Part shown: positions 39,816 through 50,860 of the stretch, piece after piece
Layout of the letters: each line of letters begins with the position of its first letter
How positions within the stretch are numbered: position 1 is the stretch's first letter
IMG/VR virus record: IMGVR_UViG_2751185775_000001
Span: 9,005 to 73,004 of that record
Reading direction: 5' to 3' (one strand)
DNA from: a virus
Lineage: Duplodnaviria; Heunggongvirae; Uroviricota; Caudoviricetes
Length of the DNA stretch: 64,000 nt
Translations under genes and position numbers: made by a program
The notes under the pieces: generated by a model
What the model saw: only the letters and a program-made list of their open reading frames with translations
Database searches by the model: none
What the model was told of the DNA's origin: nothing

Positions 39816-40677
39816 ATTTACAAAGGCCGATTTTGTTAAATCGGTACTGGCAATGGTAGATCTGCATAATTTGTCTGTAATGTACCCGTTTGTCGAAGCC
39901 GGGCATGACCTTGAAACCAAAAGTGAATCAGATGTATCAATCGCTATTGCACTTAAAAGCTGTTTTCAGGATTTTATCGACACTGATAAATCCGGATCTC
40001 ATGTTTTGACGGCAGACGACTGGCATTCAGAGAAAGCTGCGCTGACTAAGCTGATTGGTTCTGAAACGACAGAAAAAGTTGATACCTGGCTTTCGATGAA
40101 AATGCTTGAGGGCAGTACGGATTTACAGATTGCTTTTTCCCGGATCAATACAGTGCTTGATGGTGAAAGTGATTACACGGTGGCTGTTTACGATCATGCG
40201 GCGATTATGGATTTGAAAGGTGAGTGGGAAAGCAACCGCAAGCTGTTTCTATGCAAAATCCGGCATAGCGATTTCAATGCGTTGTTTAATCTCAATACCA
40301 GCTTTCACGCAGCTATGCAGAAAGTCGCTCAGACGTTCACAGGGCGACTGTCTTTGTTAGATAGTGAGGAAGCATCAAGTGAAATAAGAAAATGCTGTCA
40401 CGTCGATCCTACTAACAGATACAGCATTTCTGAGAAAGGGATGAAGTTCAAATTGCGCATTGATGCAACATTCCCTGAAATTAACAGGGACTACAGCACT
40501 GCGGCTTTGGCATCAGGTGGGTTCTCTGCTTCATCGAGCGACCTGACTGTTCAAAAGGCAGAAAAGCGGGTTGTCAAACAAGAGCAGAAAATCAAAAAAC
40601 CGGAGAAAGTGGTCAGTGCCGCTGAATCGTCGGAAGTCGTTATTAACGGCAAAAGTTTTCTGATGGGATCATTTTAA
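39781..40677 (+). CDS. Hypothetical protein (298 aa)
   Basis: ORF overlapping the sbcC end. Confidence 0.45.
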   Translation: MNQKAVAPMSAEFTKADFVKSVLAMVDLHNLSVMYPFVEAGHDLETKSESDVSIAIALKSCFQDFIDTDKSGSHVLTADDWHSEKAALTKLIGSETTEKVDTWLSMKMLEGSTDLQIAFSRINTVLDGESDYTVAVYDHAAIMDLKGEWESNRKLFLCKIRHSDFNALFNLNTSFHAAMQKVAQTFTGRLSLLDSEEASSEIRKCCHVDPTNRYSISEKGMKFKLRIDATFPEINRDYSTAALASGGFSASSSDLTVQKAEKRVVKQEQKIKKPEKVVSAAESSEVVINGKSFLMGSF

Positions 40678-40700
40678 CAGTCACACACACAGGTAACACA

Positions 40701-41270
40701 ATGGGTAAAATTGTAAAAATCGCGGGACTTGACCCGTCTATGTCTAACTTTGGTGTGGTATTCGGGGATCTGGATATCACAACCGGTCAGGTGGTCAGAA
40801 TTGAGCGGATGGAGCTTATCCAGACGGAATCCGGCGACAAAAAATCAGTGCGCGTAAACAGCGACGATTTGCGCCGCGCCTCTGAAATCTGGAAACGCGC
40901 CAAGCCGATTATCGATAAGGCTCAACTGGTGTTTTGTGAATTGCCAGTCGGCAGTCAGTCAAGCCGGGCACAAACCTCTTATGGCATCTGCATTGGTGTT
41001 CTGGCATGTGTCGATAAACCGCTGATTCAGGTCACGCCGATTGAGATTAAGCAGTTTGTCGCCGGTAAGAAGACGACAACGAAAGAGGAAATTATTACAT
41101 GGGCGACTCAAAAGCATCCGGAAGCCCCGTGGATCAAGCGCAAAGAAAAAGGTGTTGAGAAGTACATGAATAAAAACGAACACCTTGCTGACGCAGTTGC
41201 AGCGATTTATACCGGCATCCAGACAGACCAGTATCGACAAATCTCCACAGTTATTTCCTCCCTGATTTAA
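40701..41270 (+). CDS. RuvC-like Holliday junction resolvase
   Basis: N-terminal IAGLDPSMSNFGVV and VFCELPVGSQS acidic motifs, typical of phage RuvC-like resolvases. Confidence 0.55.
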   Translation: MGKIVKIAGLDPSMSNFGVVFGDLDITTGQVVRIERMELIQTESGDKKSVRVNSDDLRRASEIWKRAKPIIDKAQLVFCELPVGSQSSRAQTSYGICIGVLACVDKPLIQVTPIEIKQFVAGKKTTTKEEIITWATQKHPEAPWIKRKEKGVEKYMNKNEHLADAVAAIYTGIQTDQYRQISTVISSLI

Positions 41271-41294
41271 AACCATATATTAATCACTTAAAAA

Positions 41295-41330
41295 TCAACC
41301 ACACAAGATATTGAATTTGTGTGGTTGATA
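41295..41330 (+). terminator. 12-bp perfect inverted repeat hairpin (atcaaccacaca … tgtgtggttgat)
   Basis: Perfect stem after the resolvase gene. Confidence 0.45.
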
Positions 41331-41384
41331 ATAGGTATTTGTTTACCTATCATGTTTTAACTTTTTCCACTTGGACTAAACAAA

Positions 41385-43673
41385 ATGACTTCACTTGTTA
41401 CGAAGCGTGACGGATCACAAGAGCCGTTTGATACTGAGAAATTTAACCGCGTTGCTATGTACGGCACAGCAGGTATCAGCGGTGTGAGCGCTTCCGCTAT
41501 TGCTATGAAAGTTCATATCAGCGCAAAGGATGGTATCAGAACAACTGATATTCATTCACTGATGGTCAAAGCCGCAGCTGATTTGATTTCAGCCGAGTCA
41601 CCTAATTACAGCCAGGTCGCCGCCCGTCTGAATATTGGTCTGATCCGTAAAGAGGCGTTGGGTCAGTACGGTTATCCGGCGCTGCTGGGTCACATTCAGA
41701 AAAACGTATTCCGTAAGGTGTATGACAAGGATCTGCTGAAATACTATTCCGTAGATGAAATTAACGAGCTGGGCGAATACATGAAACCGGAACGTGATGA
41801 GTTGTTCGGCTATGCCGCAACCGTTCAGTTGCGTGGTAAGTATCTGGCTCAGAACCGTGTCACTGGTGAATTGCATGAAGCGCCGCAGCATGTGTACATG
41901 CTGGCATCGATGTGTTTCTTCCAGCATTGGGAAAAACCGTCCCGTATGCAGATGGTGAAAGAGTTTTATGACGCTGTATCTATGTTCAAGCTGTCTCTGC
42001 CGACTCCTATCATGTCCGGTCTGCGTACTCAGACACGTCAGTTCAGTAGCTGCGTTGTGATGGAAGCCGGCGACTCCCTGCCGTCCATTAACGCAACCGC
42101 AAACGCCATTGTGAATTACGTTTCACAACGCGCTGGTATCGGTCTTGGCTTTGGCGCTATCCGCGCTCTCGGCAGTGAAATCCGTGGTGGTGAAGCCAAT
42201 CACACCGGTACAATCCCGTTCCTGAAATATTTCCAGGCGGCTGTTAAGTCCTGTTCTCAGGGCGGTGTTCGTGGCGGTGCTGCAACAGCGTTTTACCCGT
42301 TATGGCATCGTGAAGCTGAAAGTCTGCTGGTGCTGAAAAATAACCGGGGTGTGGAAGAAAACCGCGTCCGTCACATGGACTACGGCGTGATGATCAACGG
42401 TCTGCTGTACAAACGTCTGATCGGCGGCGGTAAAATTTCTCTGTTCAGCCCTAATGATGTGCCGAGTATGTATGACGCATTCTTTGCTGATCAGGATGAG
42501 TTTGCCCGTCTGTATGAAGCTGCCGAAGCTGATGAATCTATCGAGCGCATTACCGTACCGGCTGTGGAACTGTTCTCCGCCATGATGCAGGAACGCGCAT
42601 CTACCGGTCGTATTTACATTGCTAACGTGGATCACATGAACACGCATGGCGCATTCCGTCCGGAAGTCGCGCCGGTTCGTCAGTCTAATTTGTGCATGGA
42701 AATTGCCCTGCCGACAAAACCGCTGGAGTTTGCGGATGATCCGGACGGTGAAATCTCTCTGTGTACTCTGTCGGCAATTAACTTTGGTGCGATTGAAAGT
42801 CTTGATGAACTGGAACATCTGTCTCACCTGATTGTTGCTGCACTTGATTCTCTGCTGGATTACCAGAATTACCCGATGAAAGCAGCGGAACGCTCTACCC
42901 GCAGCCGCCGCAGTCTCGGTGTCGGCGCTACCAACCTCGCCTACTATCTGGCAAAAAACGGTTACAAATATTCTGATACCGCCGGTGATCAGTTTATCCA
43001 TGACACGTTTGAAGCGATGCAGTATTACCTGCTGAAAGCGTCAAACCATCTGGCTAAGTGTTTCGGGGCATGTCCGGCTTTCGGTGAAACCCGTTATGCC
43101 TCTGGTGAGCTGCCAATCGACCACTACAGAAAGCAACTTGATACTGCTGCTACCGGTGTCACTGAACCTCTGAAAATGGATTGGGAGGCGTTACGCGCTG
43201 ATATCCGCCGTTACGGGTTGCGTAACTCAACCGTCTCCGCGTTGATGCCGTGTGAAACGTCCAGTCAGATCACCAACAGCACAAACGGTATCGAGCCACC
43301 TCGCGGCGCTGTGACTGTGAAAATGAGCAAAGAGGGCGCAGTCCGGATGGTTGTGCCGGAGTATGAGCGCCTGAAAGATCAGTACGAATATCTGTGGGAA
43401 ATGGGCGGCAACAAAGGTTATCTGACCAAAATCGCTATCATGCAGAAATTTGTGGATCAGGCGATTTCAGCCAATACGAATTACGACCCGGAGATTTACC
43501 CGAACGGCCGTGTCCCGATGGAAGAATTGCTTCGTGACCTGCTACTGGCCTACTCGATGGGTGTGAAAACTCTGTACTACCACAATACCCGCGACCGTTC
43601 CGGCGAGGAAGATGAACGCGAGACACCAACAGCACCAGCTGGTGATGATTGCGGCGACTCCTGCAAAATTTAA
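41385..43673 (+). CDS. nrdA: Ribonucleotide reductase class Ia large subunit
   Basis: ATP-cone N-terminus VTKRDGSQEPFDTEKFNRV; active site NLCMEIALPT; C-terminal CGDSCKI. Confidence 0.9.
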   Translation: MTSLVTKRDGSQEPFDTEKFNRVAMYGTAGISGVSASAIAMKVHISAKDGIRTTDIHSLMVKAAADLISAESPNYSQVAARLNIGLIRKEALGQYGYPALLGHIQKNVFRKVYDKDLLKYYSVDEINELGEYMKPERDELFGYAATVQLRGKYLAQNRVTGELHEAPQHVYMLASMCFFQHWEKPSRMQMVKEFYDAVSMFKLSLPTPIMSGLRTQTRQFSSCVVMEAGDSLPSINATANAIVNYVSQRAGIGLGFGAIRALGSEIRGGEANHTGTIPFLKYFQAAVKSCSQGGVRGGAATAFYPLWHREAESLLVLKNNRGVEENRVRHMDYGVMINGLLYKRLIGGGKISLFSPNDVPSMYDAFFADQDEFARLYEAAEADESIERITVPAVELFSAMMQERASTGRIYIANVDHMNTHGAFRPEVAPVRQSNLCMEIALPTKPLEFADDPDGEISLCTLSAINFGAIESLDELEHLSHLIVAALDSLLDYQNYPMKAAERSTRSRRSLGVGATNLAYYLAKNGYKYSDTAGDQFIHDTFEAMQYYLLKASNHLAKCFGACPAFGETRYASGELPIDHYRKQLDTAATGVTEPLKMDWEALRADIRRYGLRNSTVSALMPCETSSQITNSTNGIEPPRGAVTVKMSKEGAVRMVVPEYERLKDQYEYLWEMGGNKGYLTKIAIMQKFVDQAISANTNYDPEIYPNGRVPMEELLRDLLLAYSMGVKTLYYHNTRDRSGEEDERETPTAPAGDDCGDSCKI

Positions 43674-43785
43674 GCGACAAACACTCTGAAAAGGTGGGCT
43701 TTGGCTCGCCTTTTTATTTCTCTTTAATGCCTGTCTGACTGATTCAGAATTGGCACAAACCAAACGTAAACGTAAAAGGAAATGT

Positions 43786-44907
43786 ATGTCAGGCTATTCA
43801 GTATTTCGTCAGGAAAAGAATGATGCGACCAAAGAGCCGATGTTTTTCGGTCTGAGCGTAAATGTCGCCCGTTACGATCAGCAAAAGCACCGCATCTTTG
43901 AAAAAGCGATTGAACGGCAACTGAGCTTTTTCTGGCGCCCGGAAGAAGTGGATGTGAGCAAAGACCGCATCGATTACCAGAATATGCCGGAGCATGAGCG
44001 TCACATCTTTATTTCAAACCTGAAATACCAGACGCTGCTTGATTCTGTTCAGGGTCGTGCCCCTAATATCGCCCTGCTGCCTATTTGTTCACTGCCGGAG
44101 CTGGAAACGTGGATTGAAACGTGGTCTTTCTCCGAAACCATTCACAGCCGTAGCTACACCCATATTATCCGCAATCTTGTCACTGACCCGGACACTATTT
44201 TTGACGGCATTGTGGAAGATGAAATGATCCTCGCCCGTGCCGCGTCTGTATCGGAAGAATATGACCGTCTGATTAAAATGTTCGTCGCTCGTGAATATCT
44301 CGGTGTAGAGAAATTTGAGCGCGAATTCGGCGATGAAGCTATTCAGGAACAATTATTTAAAACGCTGGTGGCCGTCAACACCCTTGAGGCTATCCGCTTC
44401 TATGTCAGTTTCGCCTGTACTTTCGCGTTCGGTGAGCGTGGTGTGATGGAAGCGAACGCCAAGATCATGAAGTTTATTGCCCGTGATGAAGCGTTACATT
44501 GTCACGTTACGCAGGAAATGATTAAACTGATGTACAACGGGCGCGAGGGTGAAATGTGGAAACGCATTGCAGAGCGCAATCGTGACTTTGTTATTGAAAC
44601 GATGGAATCCGTTGCCGAACAGGAAATGGCGTGGGCTGATTATCTGTTTAAAGACGGATCAATGATTGGCCTGAATGCAGAAATGCTGAAAGAGTACGTG
44701 AAACACCGCTCAAACGTGGCTATGAAGCGCATCGGGTTCGAGGCTGTGTTTCCGGAAGTAAAACACGATCCGTTGCCGTGGATGAACAACTGGTTGCTGT
44801 CTGACAACGTTCAGGTCGCTCCGCAGGAAGCGGAAAAAGCCGATTACCTCACCGGGCAGATTGACTCCGAAGTGAAAGCCGGTTCACTGGCTGGCTTTGA
44901 AATCTGA
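43786..44907 (+). CDS. nrdB: Ribonucleotide reductase small subunit
   Basis: Di-iron ligand regions (…SETIHSRSY…, …ALHCHVT…); RBS aaaagga before ATG 43786. Confidence 0.9.
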   Translation: MSGYSVFRQEKNDATKEPMFFGLSVNVARYDQQKHRIFEKAIERQLSFFWRPEEVDVSKDRIDYQNMPEHERHIFISNLKYQTLLDSVQGRAPNIALLPICSLPELETWIETWSFSETIHSRSYTHIIRNLVTDPDTIFDGIVEDEMILARAASVSEEYDRLIKMFVAREYLGVEKFEREFGDEAIQEQLFKTLVAVNTLEAIRFYVSFACTFAFGERGVMEANAKIMKFIARDEALHCHVTQEMIKLMYNGREGEMWKRIAERNRDFVIETMESVAEQEMAWADYLFKDGSMIGLNAEMLKEYVKHRSNVAMKRIGFEAVFPEVKHDPLPWMNNWLLSDNVQVAPQEAEKADYLTGQIDSEVKAGSLAGFEI

Positions 44908-44920
44908 TACACCTGCTGAA

Positions 44921-44950
44921 AAAGAGTGACTGCCGTAGTCACTCTTTCAA
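44921..44950 (+). terminator. Hairpin terminator (aaagagtgact gccgt agtcactcttt)
   Basis: 11-bp perfect stem. Confidence 0.5.
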
Positions 44951-45002
44951 TATTTATATCGTTAAATAAACAAGATAAATAATTAATTTATGGAAATTAC
45001 CA

Positions 45003-45803
45003 ATGGCTAAAAACATCACACTGAGCTTTAAACCTACCAGTCAGCCACAATCAGAGGGTGCTAAGATTGTCGGTGAAATGTACAACATGGTTCGTGAGTT
45101 TCATGAAGTGTTTTCTCACCCTATCAACAGCAACGAAATCACCGCTGATATGCTTCGTTTACGCGCCAATCTGATCCGTGAGGAAGCGAAAGAAGGTGTT
45201 GCTGCTCTGGAAAACGCTGATGGTCTTGAAATTCTGGATGCTGCCGGTGACACTATTTACGTTCTTGCCGGTACGCTGGTGATGATCAACGGCGCACTGA
45301 GTCACGCGCTGGCATTTGACCCGTTCGGTATGTCAATGACTGCAAAGGTGATGTTCTCGTTTGAGTCTGATTTCGGCGGTGACATGAAAAAGGCATTTGA
45401 TCACTCACTGTATATCGCCTCAGAAATCGATGATATTGCTGCGATGATGGATAAAGGCAAAGGAGAGCTGGCTGCTCGTGATTTTGAAATGATTCCGGCC
45501 GCGATATCAGACGCTATCTGTTTGCTCAGTTCTGTTCTGAAATCCACCGGTGTTGATGTAAAGGAAATGGTCGCCGCTATCCACGAATCCAATATGACTA
45601 AGTTGTGGTCTGGTGATGCGCTAACTCGCCAGGCTCAGGTAGCCAAGTGCAAATACAACCCGAAAGATCTCGCGTTCCGAACCTGTTTGTCCCGTCAGGG
45701 GATGATCGGGTATCGAATCTCAGACGGCAAAATCCTCAAATGCCCGGATTACACTTCGGTCAACCTTGACTCATTTTTGACCGCTTGTACGGAATTATCT
45801 TAA
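45003..45803 (+). CDS. MazG-like nucleotide pyrophosphohydrolase (putative)
   Basis: All-alpha N-terminal region with an E…E…E/D pattern (REEAKEGVAALENADGLEILDAAGD) reminiscent of MazG/dUTPase-like NTP-PPases. Confidence 0.35.
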   Translation: MAKNITLSFKPTSQPQSEGAKIVGEMYNMVREFHEVFSHPINSNEITADMLRLRANLIREEAKEGVAALENADGLEILDAAGDTIYVLAGTLVMINGALSHALAFDPFGMSMTAKVMFSFESDFGGDMKKAFDHSLYIASEIDDIAAMMDKGKGELAARDFEMIPAAISDAICLLSSVLKSTGVDVKEMVAAIHESNMTKLWSGDALTRQAQVAKCKYNPKDLAFRTCLSRQGMIGYRISDGKILKCPDYTSVNLDSFLTACTELS

Positions 45804-45898
45804 TATATATTGATAAGTAAACAAATACATAATATATTTGCTCCGCCTTATTTGGAGTAATTATTGATTAATTAACAGAAAATCTTTGTTTTTTATGT

Positions 45899-45929
45899 GG
45901 TGCATCTTTCAGATGCACCATTTTTTTTT
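45899..45929 (+). terminator. Rho-independent terminator (ggtgcatct ttc agatgcacc a T9)
   Basis: 9-bp perfect stem plus T9. Confidence 0.65.
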
Positions 45930-45988
45930 GTTTACTGCCTACCAATCTTATATAAAATGTAAGTACGTAAATACATACAGAGGGCATT

Positions 45989-47104
45989 ATGGAAAATGAT
46001 ATCAAAAACCACCTTGCACTGAGCAACGACGATTCATTCCGACAGGTTATTGAAGCTGTCTACAACGAGGGTGAATTATCAAATAACAACCGTACAGGTG
46101 TTCCGACTCGCGGATTGAGCTTTATTCCAAGTTTTTATCATCTTACCGGTGGTCTTGTTCCGATGCTGTCAGGTAAAGCCGTTAACGAAAAACCGCTTCT
46201 GGTTGAACTTGAATGGTATCTGCGCGGTGAGGGTAATATCCGCTTTATGAGCGAAAACGGCGTGAAAATCTGGAATCAATGGGCGGATGAAAACGGCGAT
46301 CTCGGGCCGGTGTATGGCAAGCAATGGCGTAAGTGGCGCGATACCCGGGTTGTGACTGTCTCAGAGTTTGAAGAAATCAAGCACAGGGGCTATGTGGTGG
46401 ATGGGGAGCTGACGGATGGTCGTCTGGCTGTTACCCGCGAAATCGACCAGTTACAGCGCATCGTGGATAATCTGCGTAACGACCCTGAGAACCGCCGTAA
46501 CATCATGTCAGCGTGGAACGTTGGTGAGCTGGAGGATATGCAGCTTCCGCCGTGTCACTTCGCGTTCGGGACGTGGAGTCGTGAAGTCAGTCCGGATCAG
46601 CGTTTTTATATTGCAGTGGAAACCGGTGCGAATCATTTTGCTCACGGTATTGTGTCGAAATACTCAGCCATGATCAGTGATCTTGTTGATGAAAACGGCG
46701 CATTGCCGGATCTCGATACTCTGGCGGAAACGGTCACTCATGAATGGCTTGATGCCCGAGGCATTCCGCGCCGTGTACTGAACACCGGCATGGTGCAGCG
46801 CAGCGTTGATACCTTTGTCGGTATGCCTTTCAACATCGCTGGCTACGGCATTCTGACGCACTATCTGGCGCATATCACCGATCACATGGCGGACAATTTT
46901 ACCCACTTCGGGTTTGACGTTCACCTGTATAGCAATCACGAAGACGGATTCAAAGAATACACCGGTCGTCGTGAAATCGAGGAAAGCTACCCTGTGGTGG
47001 TATTCCCTGAGTCGTGGAAAGAGTTGTCAGATTTCAACTGGCAGGAAATTCAGATCCTCGGTTATCAGTCTCACGACTGGATCAAAGTGCCTGTTGCGAA
47101 GTAA
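45989..47104 (+). CDS. thyA: Thymidylate synthase family protein (ThyA-like, with insertion)
   Basis: RRNIMSAWNVGELEDMQLPPCHFAF matches the ThyA active-site region (RR.I.SAWN…LPPCH). Confidence 0.75.
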   Translation: MENDIKNHLALSNDDSFRQVIEAVYNEGELSNNNRTGVPTRGLSFIPSFYHLTGGLVPMLSGKAVNEKPLLVELEWYLRGEGNIRFMSENGVKIWNQWADENGDLGPVYGKQWRKWRDTRVVTVSEFEEIKHRGYVVDGELTDGRLAVTREIDQLQRIVDNLRNDPENRRNIMSAWNVGELEDMQLPPCHFAFGTWSREVSPDQRFYIAVETGANHFAHGIVSKYSAMISDLVDENGALPDLDTLAETVTHEWLDARGIPRRVLNTGMVQRSVDTFVGMPFNIAGYGILTHYLAHITDHMADNFTHFGFDVHLYSNHEDGFKEYTGRREIEESYPVVVFPESWKELSDFNWQEIQILGYQSHDWIKVPVAK

Positions 47105-47114
47105 GGAAGCCTCA

Positions 47115-47552
47115 ATGCAACCTCTGGTTATTTGTACCATTGACGGTGTGCTGTCGGATAACAGCACCCGTCTTCATCTGCTCAGAGACGGTGGTGTCTC
47201 TGAGTATCACGAGCGCCATGACCGGGATGATACGGTGATTGCGTCAGTCCGTATGTTAAAGGGCTTTCAGCGTACCGGCTGCGATATTTTGATTGTGGAC
47301 GACCGCCCTGCCGAATACATGCAGCAGACGGAAAACTGGCTGAAAGAGAACGGTGTATTTTTTGACTATCTGTATCTGCCGAAAGTTAAAGAAGCGGGTC
47401 GCGCTTTCAAGATGAAAGCTGTGCGTAATCATATTCGTGAGAATGGCGGTCAGATTATCGCTGTGATGTGCTCTGAGCGCCACGACGAGACTGATTTCCG
47501 AAACCACCAGCACCGGCCGACTGTTTACACCGTAACGCGGGGGGTATCTTGA
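47115..47552 (+). CDS. Hypothetical protein, possible HAD-like phosphatase/nucleotidase
   Basis: N-terminal ICTIDGVLSD resembles degenerate HAD motif I; RBS aaggaag. Confidence 0.3.
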   Translation: MQPLVICTIDGVLSDNSTRLHLLRDGGVSEYHERHDRDDTVIASVRMLKGFQRTGCDILIVDDRPAEYMQQTENWLKENGVFFDYLYLPKVKEAGRAFKMKAVRNHIRENGGQIIAVMCSERHDETDFRNHQHRPTVYTVTRGVS

Positions 47553-48034
47553 TTTCACTGATTGCAGCGGTCGGAAGAAATAACGGCATCGGCGTGAATA
47601 ACGCCCTGCCCTGGCGTTGCTCCCGGGATCTGAAACTGTTCCGCAAAAAGACGCTTGGCGAGATTGTTGTTATGGGTCGTAAGACGGCGGAAAGTCTCGG
47701 GAAGCCGCTGAAAGACAGATTCAATTTTGTTCTGACACGTAACCCTGAAAAAGTACCGCCCGGCTTTGCAATCATCCGCAATATCGACGATGTGGTGGCG
47801 CTGGGCGACCTGCACACCGTTTACGTTATCGGTGGCGCGGAGATTTACCGGCAGTTCATCGGATTGGCACAACGCGCTTTCGTTTCCCATATTGAAACGG
47901 ATGCGGCTGATGCTGATACCTTTTTCCCGATGGACGAGCTGCGGGCTGAGTTTAACCGAAAAATGACTCTTAACTTTTACGATGAAACAGACACCGAACC
48001 GGCGTTTGATCACGTCATGTACTGGAAGCAGTAA
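47549..48034 (+). CDS. folA: Dihydrofolate reductase
   Basis: MISLIAAVGRNNGIGVNNALPW…VMGRKT…VIGGAEIY. Confidence 0.85.
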   Translation: MISLIAAVGRNNGIGVNNALPWRCSRDLKLFRKKTLGEIVVMGRKTAESLGKPLKDRFNFVLTRNPEKVPPGFAIIRNIDDVVALGDLHTVYVIGGAEIYRQFIGLAQRAFVSHIETDAADADTFFPMDELRAEFNRKMTLNFYDETDTEPAFDHVMYWKQ

Positions 48035-48035
48035 T

Positions 48036-48689
48036 ATGAAATCAGCATTTAAAATCGGGATTTGTGGCGCTCAGGGGGCTGGAAAAACCACGCTTGCCAA
48101 AGCCTTTTCCGAAGCGTCAGGTATTCCGTATTTCGACGCTGACGTGCGGGGCATTCTGAAACGACACGGCTTTGACTGCCGGGCAGATATGTCTCCGGTG
48201 GAATACTTCACAATGCAGTTTACGGTTTGTTGTGAACTTTACAGCAGTTATCCGGATGGAAATTTTATCACGGACAGAACACCGCTCGATGTGATGGGTT
48301 ACACACTGGCGTATGTCCCGCCAAATATCAGCAGTGACAACGCGGCGGGTAAAGAAATTGAGCATTCCTTTATCGATATCCTGTCCGAATCACGGGTGGC
48401 TATAGCGGACAATTTCACCAATATCATGATGATCAGCGGCTACTTCTCTGGCAATGATGATACGGCGCGGACTGACCGTGCATCCGTTCATCTTGGCTAC
48501 CGTACGAAAATTGAAAGCCTGATCCGGGGTGAGCTGCACCGGTTTGTCGATTTCGACTGCACCGGCCATGTGAAGTTTCACACGCTGGCCCGGGAAATCA
48601 AGGATCTTGATAAGCGGGTCGAAACGCTGTTTAGCCTCTTTGAAATCCACATTGATAACTACGGCTACCAAACTCAAGCCGCTCACTAA
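48036..48689 (+). CDS. P-loop nucleotide kinase (putative dNMP kinase)
   Basis: Walker A GICGAQGAGKTTLAK at the N-terminus; follows thyA and folA. Confidence 0.5.
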   Translation: MKSAFKIGICGAQGAGKTTLAKAFSEASGIPYFDADVRGILKRHGFDCRADMSPVEYFTMQFTVCCELYSSYPDGNFITDRTPLDVMGYTLAYVPPNISSDNAAGKEIEHSFIDILSESRVAIADNFTNIMMISGYFSGNDDTARTDRASVHLGYRTKIESLIRGELHRFVDFDCTGHVKFHTLAREIKDLDKRVETLFSLFEIHIDNYGYQTQAAH

Positions 48690-48749
48690 TCCTTTAACGC
48701 CTGTGTGGTTGGCTGAAAATATACTGACCACACAACGGAGATTTACACA

Positions 48750-49214
48750 ATGTCAGACGAAACTTTTTACGACGAAGACAACCCGGATGCCGGTGTTACC
48801 ATGCTGGATCTGCGTGAGGAAATCGACCGCAAGGCGATACTTTCTATCGAGAAGATTGTTGACCGTTTTGAGAAGAATTTTATTACCCGCCGTGAAGCAT
48901 CTACCGGTATTAATGCTGTGTTTGATGCGGTACAGGGACTGGTCAGTTCAGAAATCGGTGAAGTGCTTAACACGGTTCTTACTGAAATCGATAAATCAGA
49001 AAAGGCAGACAAATTCCCGATGGTATTTGGTCACAAAGGCAATGTTGTGATCCTCAGACCGGATATGTTCAGCTTGACCCTGAACACCATCATGGTCAAT
49101 GCCGGCGGTGGCAAAGCGGAAAAAGTAGAACCGTTTGAAAATGAGACTATGCTGCTGAAAGCAGCGGTAACGAAAGCCATGACGTTCAGCAAAAACGGAG
49201 CTGTGCGGTTATGA
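48750..49214 (+). CDS. Hypothetical protein (154 aa)
   Basis: ORF only. Confidence 0.45.
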   Translation: MSDETFYDEDNPDAGVTMLDLREEIDRKAILSIEKIVDRFEKNFITRREASTGINAVFDAVQGLVSSEIGEVLNTVLTEIDKSEKADKFPMVFGHKGNVVILRPDMFSLTLNTIMVNAGGGKAEKVEPFENETMLLKAAVTKAMTFSKNGAVRL

Positions 49215-49822
49215 TGCCGGCAAAGACAAAAATTGCTGTCGGCATTGACCTTGAAACTACCGGTCTGGAATATGCTGACGGACACCGTATTTTTGAGATT
49301 GCTATCTGCGCCCGTGATCTGCTTACAGGGGCGGCTGTTAAGGATCTCGTTTTACGGTTCAATCCACGGCGGGAAATATCAGCAAAAGCGCAGGAAATTA
49401 CCGGGGTTAAGCTGGCTGATCTGGTCGCAGAGCCGCTGTTTGAAACCAAAGCGAAGTCGATAGCAACAATCCTGAATAACGCCTCAGTCATTGTCGCTCA
49501 CAACGGGTTAGGGTTCGACAAACCGTTTCTGGATCATGAGCTGGGTCTGTGCGGTGAGCGTCTGCGTTCAAATCTGATCTGGATGGATACCATGCTTCAC
49601 GGGTTATGGGCGACACAGGACGGGAAACGCCCTACCCTGCGTGAACTGGCATTCTCGCTGGGTTATGAGTATGAAGAGGAAAAAGCCCACGGGGCGCTGT
49701 ACGATACTCAGCTTATGATGGATTGCTTTTTCACAGCCCGGAACAAATACGGTCTGTTTAAGATACCGGATGAGGAAATTCTTTTGGAAGATAAACTGTC
49801 TGAAATGAGCGGTATGTTTTAG
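49211..49822 (+). CDS. DnaQ-like 3'-5' exonuclease (DEDDh)
   Basis: Exo I GIDLETTGL, Exo II VAHNGLGFDKPFL, Exo III HGALYDTQL. Confidence 0.7.
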   Translation: MMPAKTKIAVGIDLETTGLEYADGHRIFEIAICARDLLTGAAVKDLVLRFNPRREISAKAQEITGVKLADLVAEPLFETKAKSIATILNNASVIVAHNGLGFDKPFLDHELGLCGERLRSNLIWMDTMLHGLWATQDGKRPTLRELAFSLGYEYEEEKAHGALYDTQLMMDCFFTARNKYGLFKIPDEEILLEDKLSEMSGMF

Positions 49823-49866
49823 TTATACGGATAGCCGTAAATATTTATGGCTATCCGTTAAATTCA

Positions 49867-50626
49867 TCAGTAGTTTTGTAAATCTGTATACCAACTTTCT
49901 TTGCCTACAGTTTTAAAAATATTCTCTTGAGATTTTTCAAAAACGGCTTCAAGTTTGGTTCTGTTATTCACGAGTGTCCTACCTTTTTTTTCGCACGTAG
50001 ATTGAAGTAAGTCCCTATTAATTATTGATATGGATTTATTTTTAAATAAACCTAATTTATGAAATAAAAAAACAACCGTCACGGCCTTTCAGCTTTGCCT
50101 TCCAACCGCTATCAGTTGAGAATCCATAAAATATATCACTGCTGTTTTTTATGTTTATGATTTTATCTAGGTTTTCTGTATTTGTTGGCAGCAAGTCTGT
50201 TGGTGTTTTTTCCGTATCATAACCTATCGTTAGTGAAATGTTTTCACCATCAAATTTTGTTTTTTCAACTACGCGGAGTATTTCAATATAACTTCTGAGT
50301 AAGGAAATTTTATTTTTTAACTTGTTAGCTTTATTGCTTGGCTCTTTACGACTTGCAAAATCATCATAATCATGGCGGTTAACGGAAAATGTCTTGACGA
50401 AAAAATCTCGTTCTTGTAATGCACCTTTTGATTTTGCATATTCAACAGCATCTATATATACGGTGTCATAAAATAGTGGCCATGTATTTAAATAACCTGT
50501 TTTTAATTCACTCCGTTCATCTGCCTTAGTTTTTACCACCCTGACCATAGATAATTTTGACAAATAGTATTTTATATTTTCTAGTGCTTTTTCTTTGTCT
50601 GTTAAAAAAAACAGAGGTTTTATCAT
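49867..50626 (-). CDS. Hypothetical low-GC gene, probably one CDS split at the A7/T7 run 50066-50072
   Basis: ORFs 50626..50057 and 50082..49867 fuse (…GRDGCFLFHKLGLF…) if one T is removed. Confidence 0.35.
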
Positions 50627-50860
50627 AAACGGTCAATTTTTAACTCCATGAGGTTCTGATTATTTATCTATATTACAACATCAAACGAAATAGTTGCCTT
50701 GAGTTGTAATAATGTTGAGTTACATCACAAGAAATTGACAGTACGTAAATGGCTAAATAACCTTTTGATTTTCAGTGCCTGTTAAACCATCTTTTCCGCC
50801 TGTTTGAGTCGTCCATAATTAGTGCATCAAACGAAAACACTGATTACAGGAAAATGTAAA

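Noticed and set aside
42300-43001. 233-aa minus-strand ORF inside nrdA
   Set aside because: It is antisense to a highly conserved NrdA coding region, with no RBS and biased composition; a shadow ORF.
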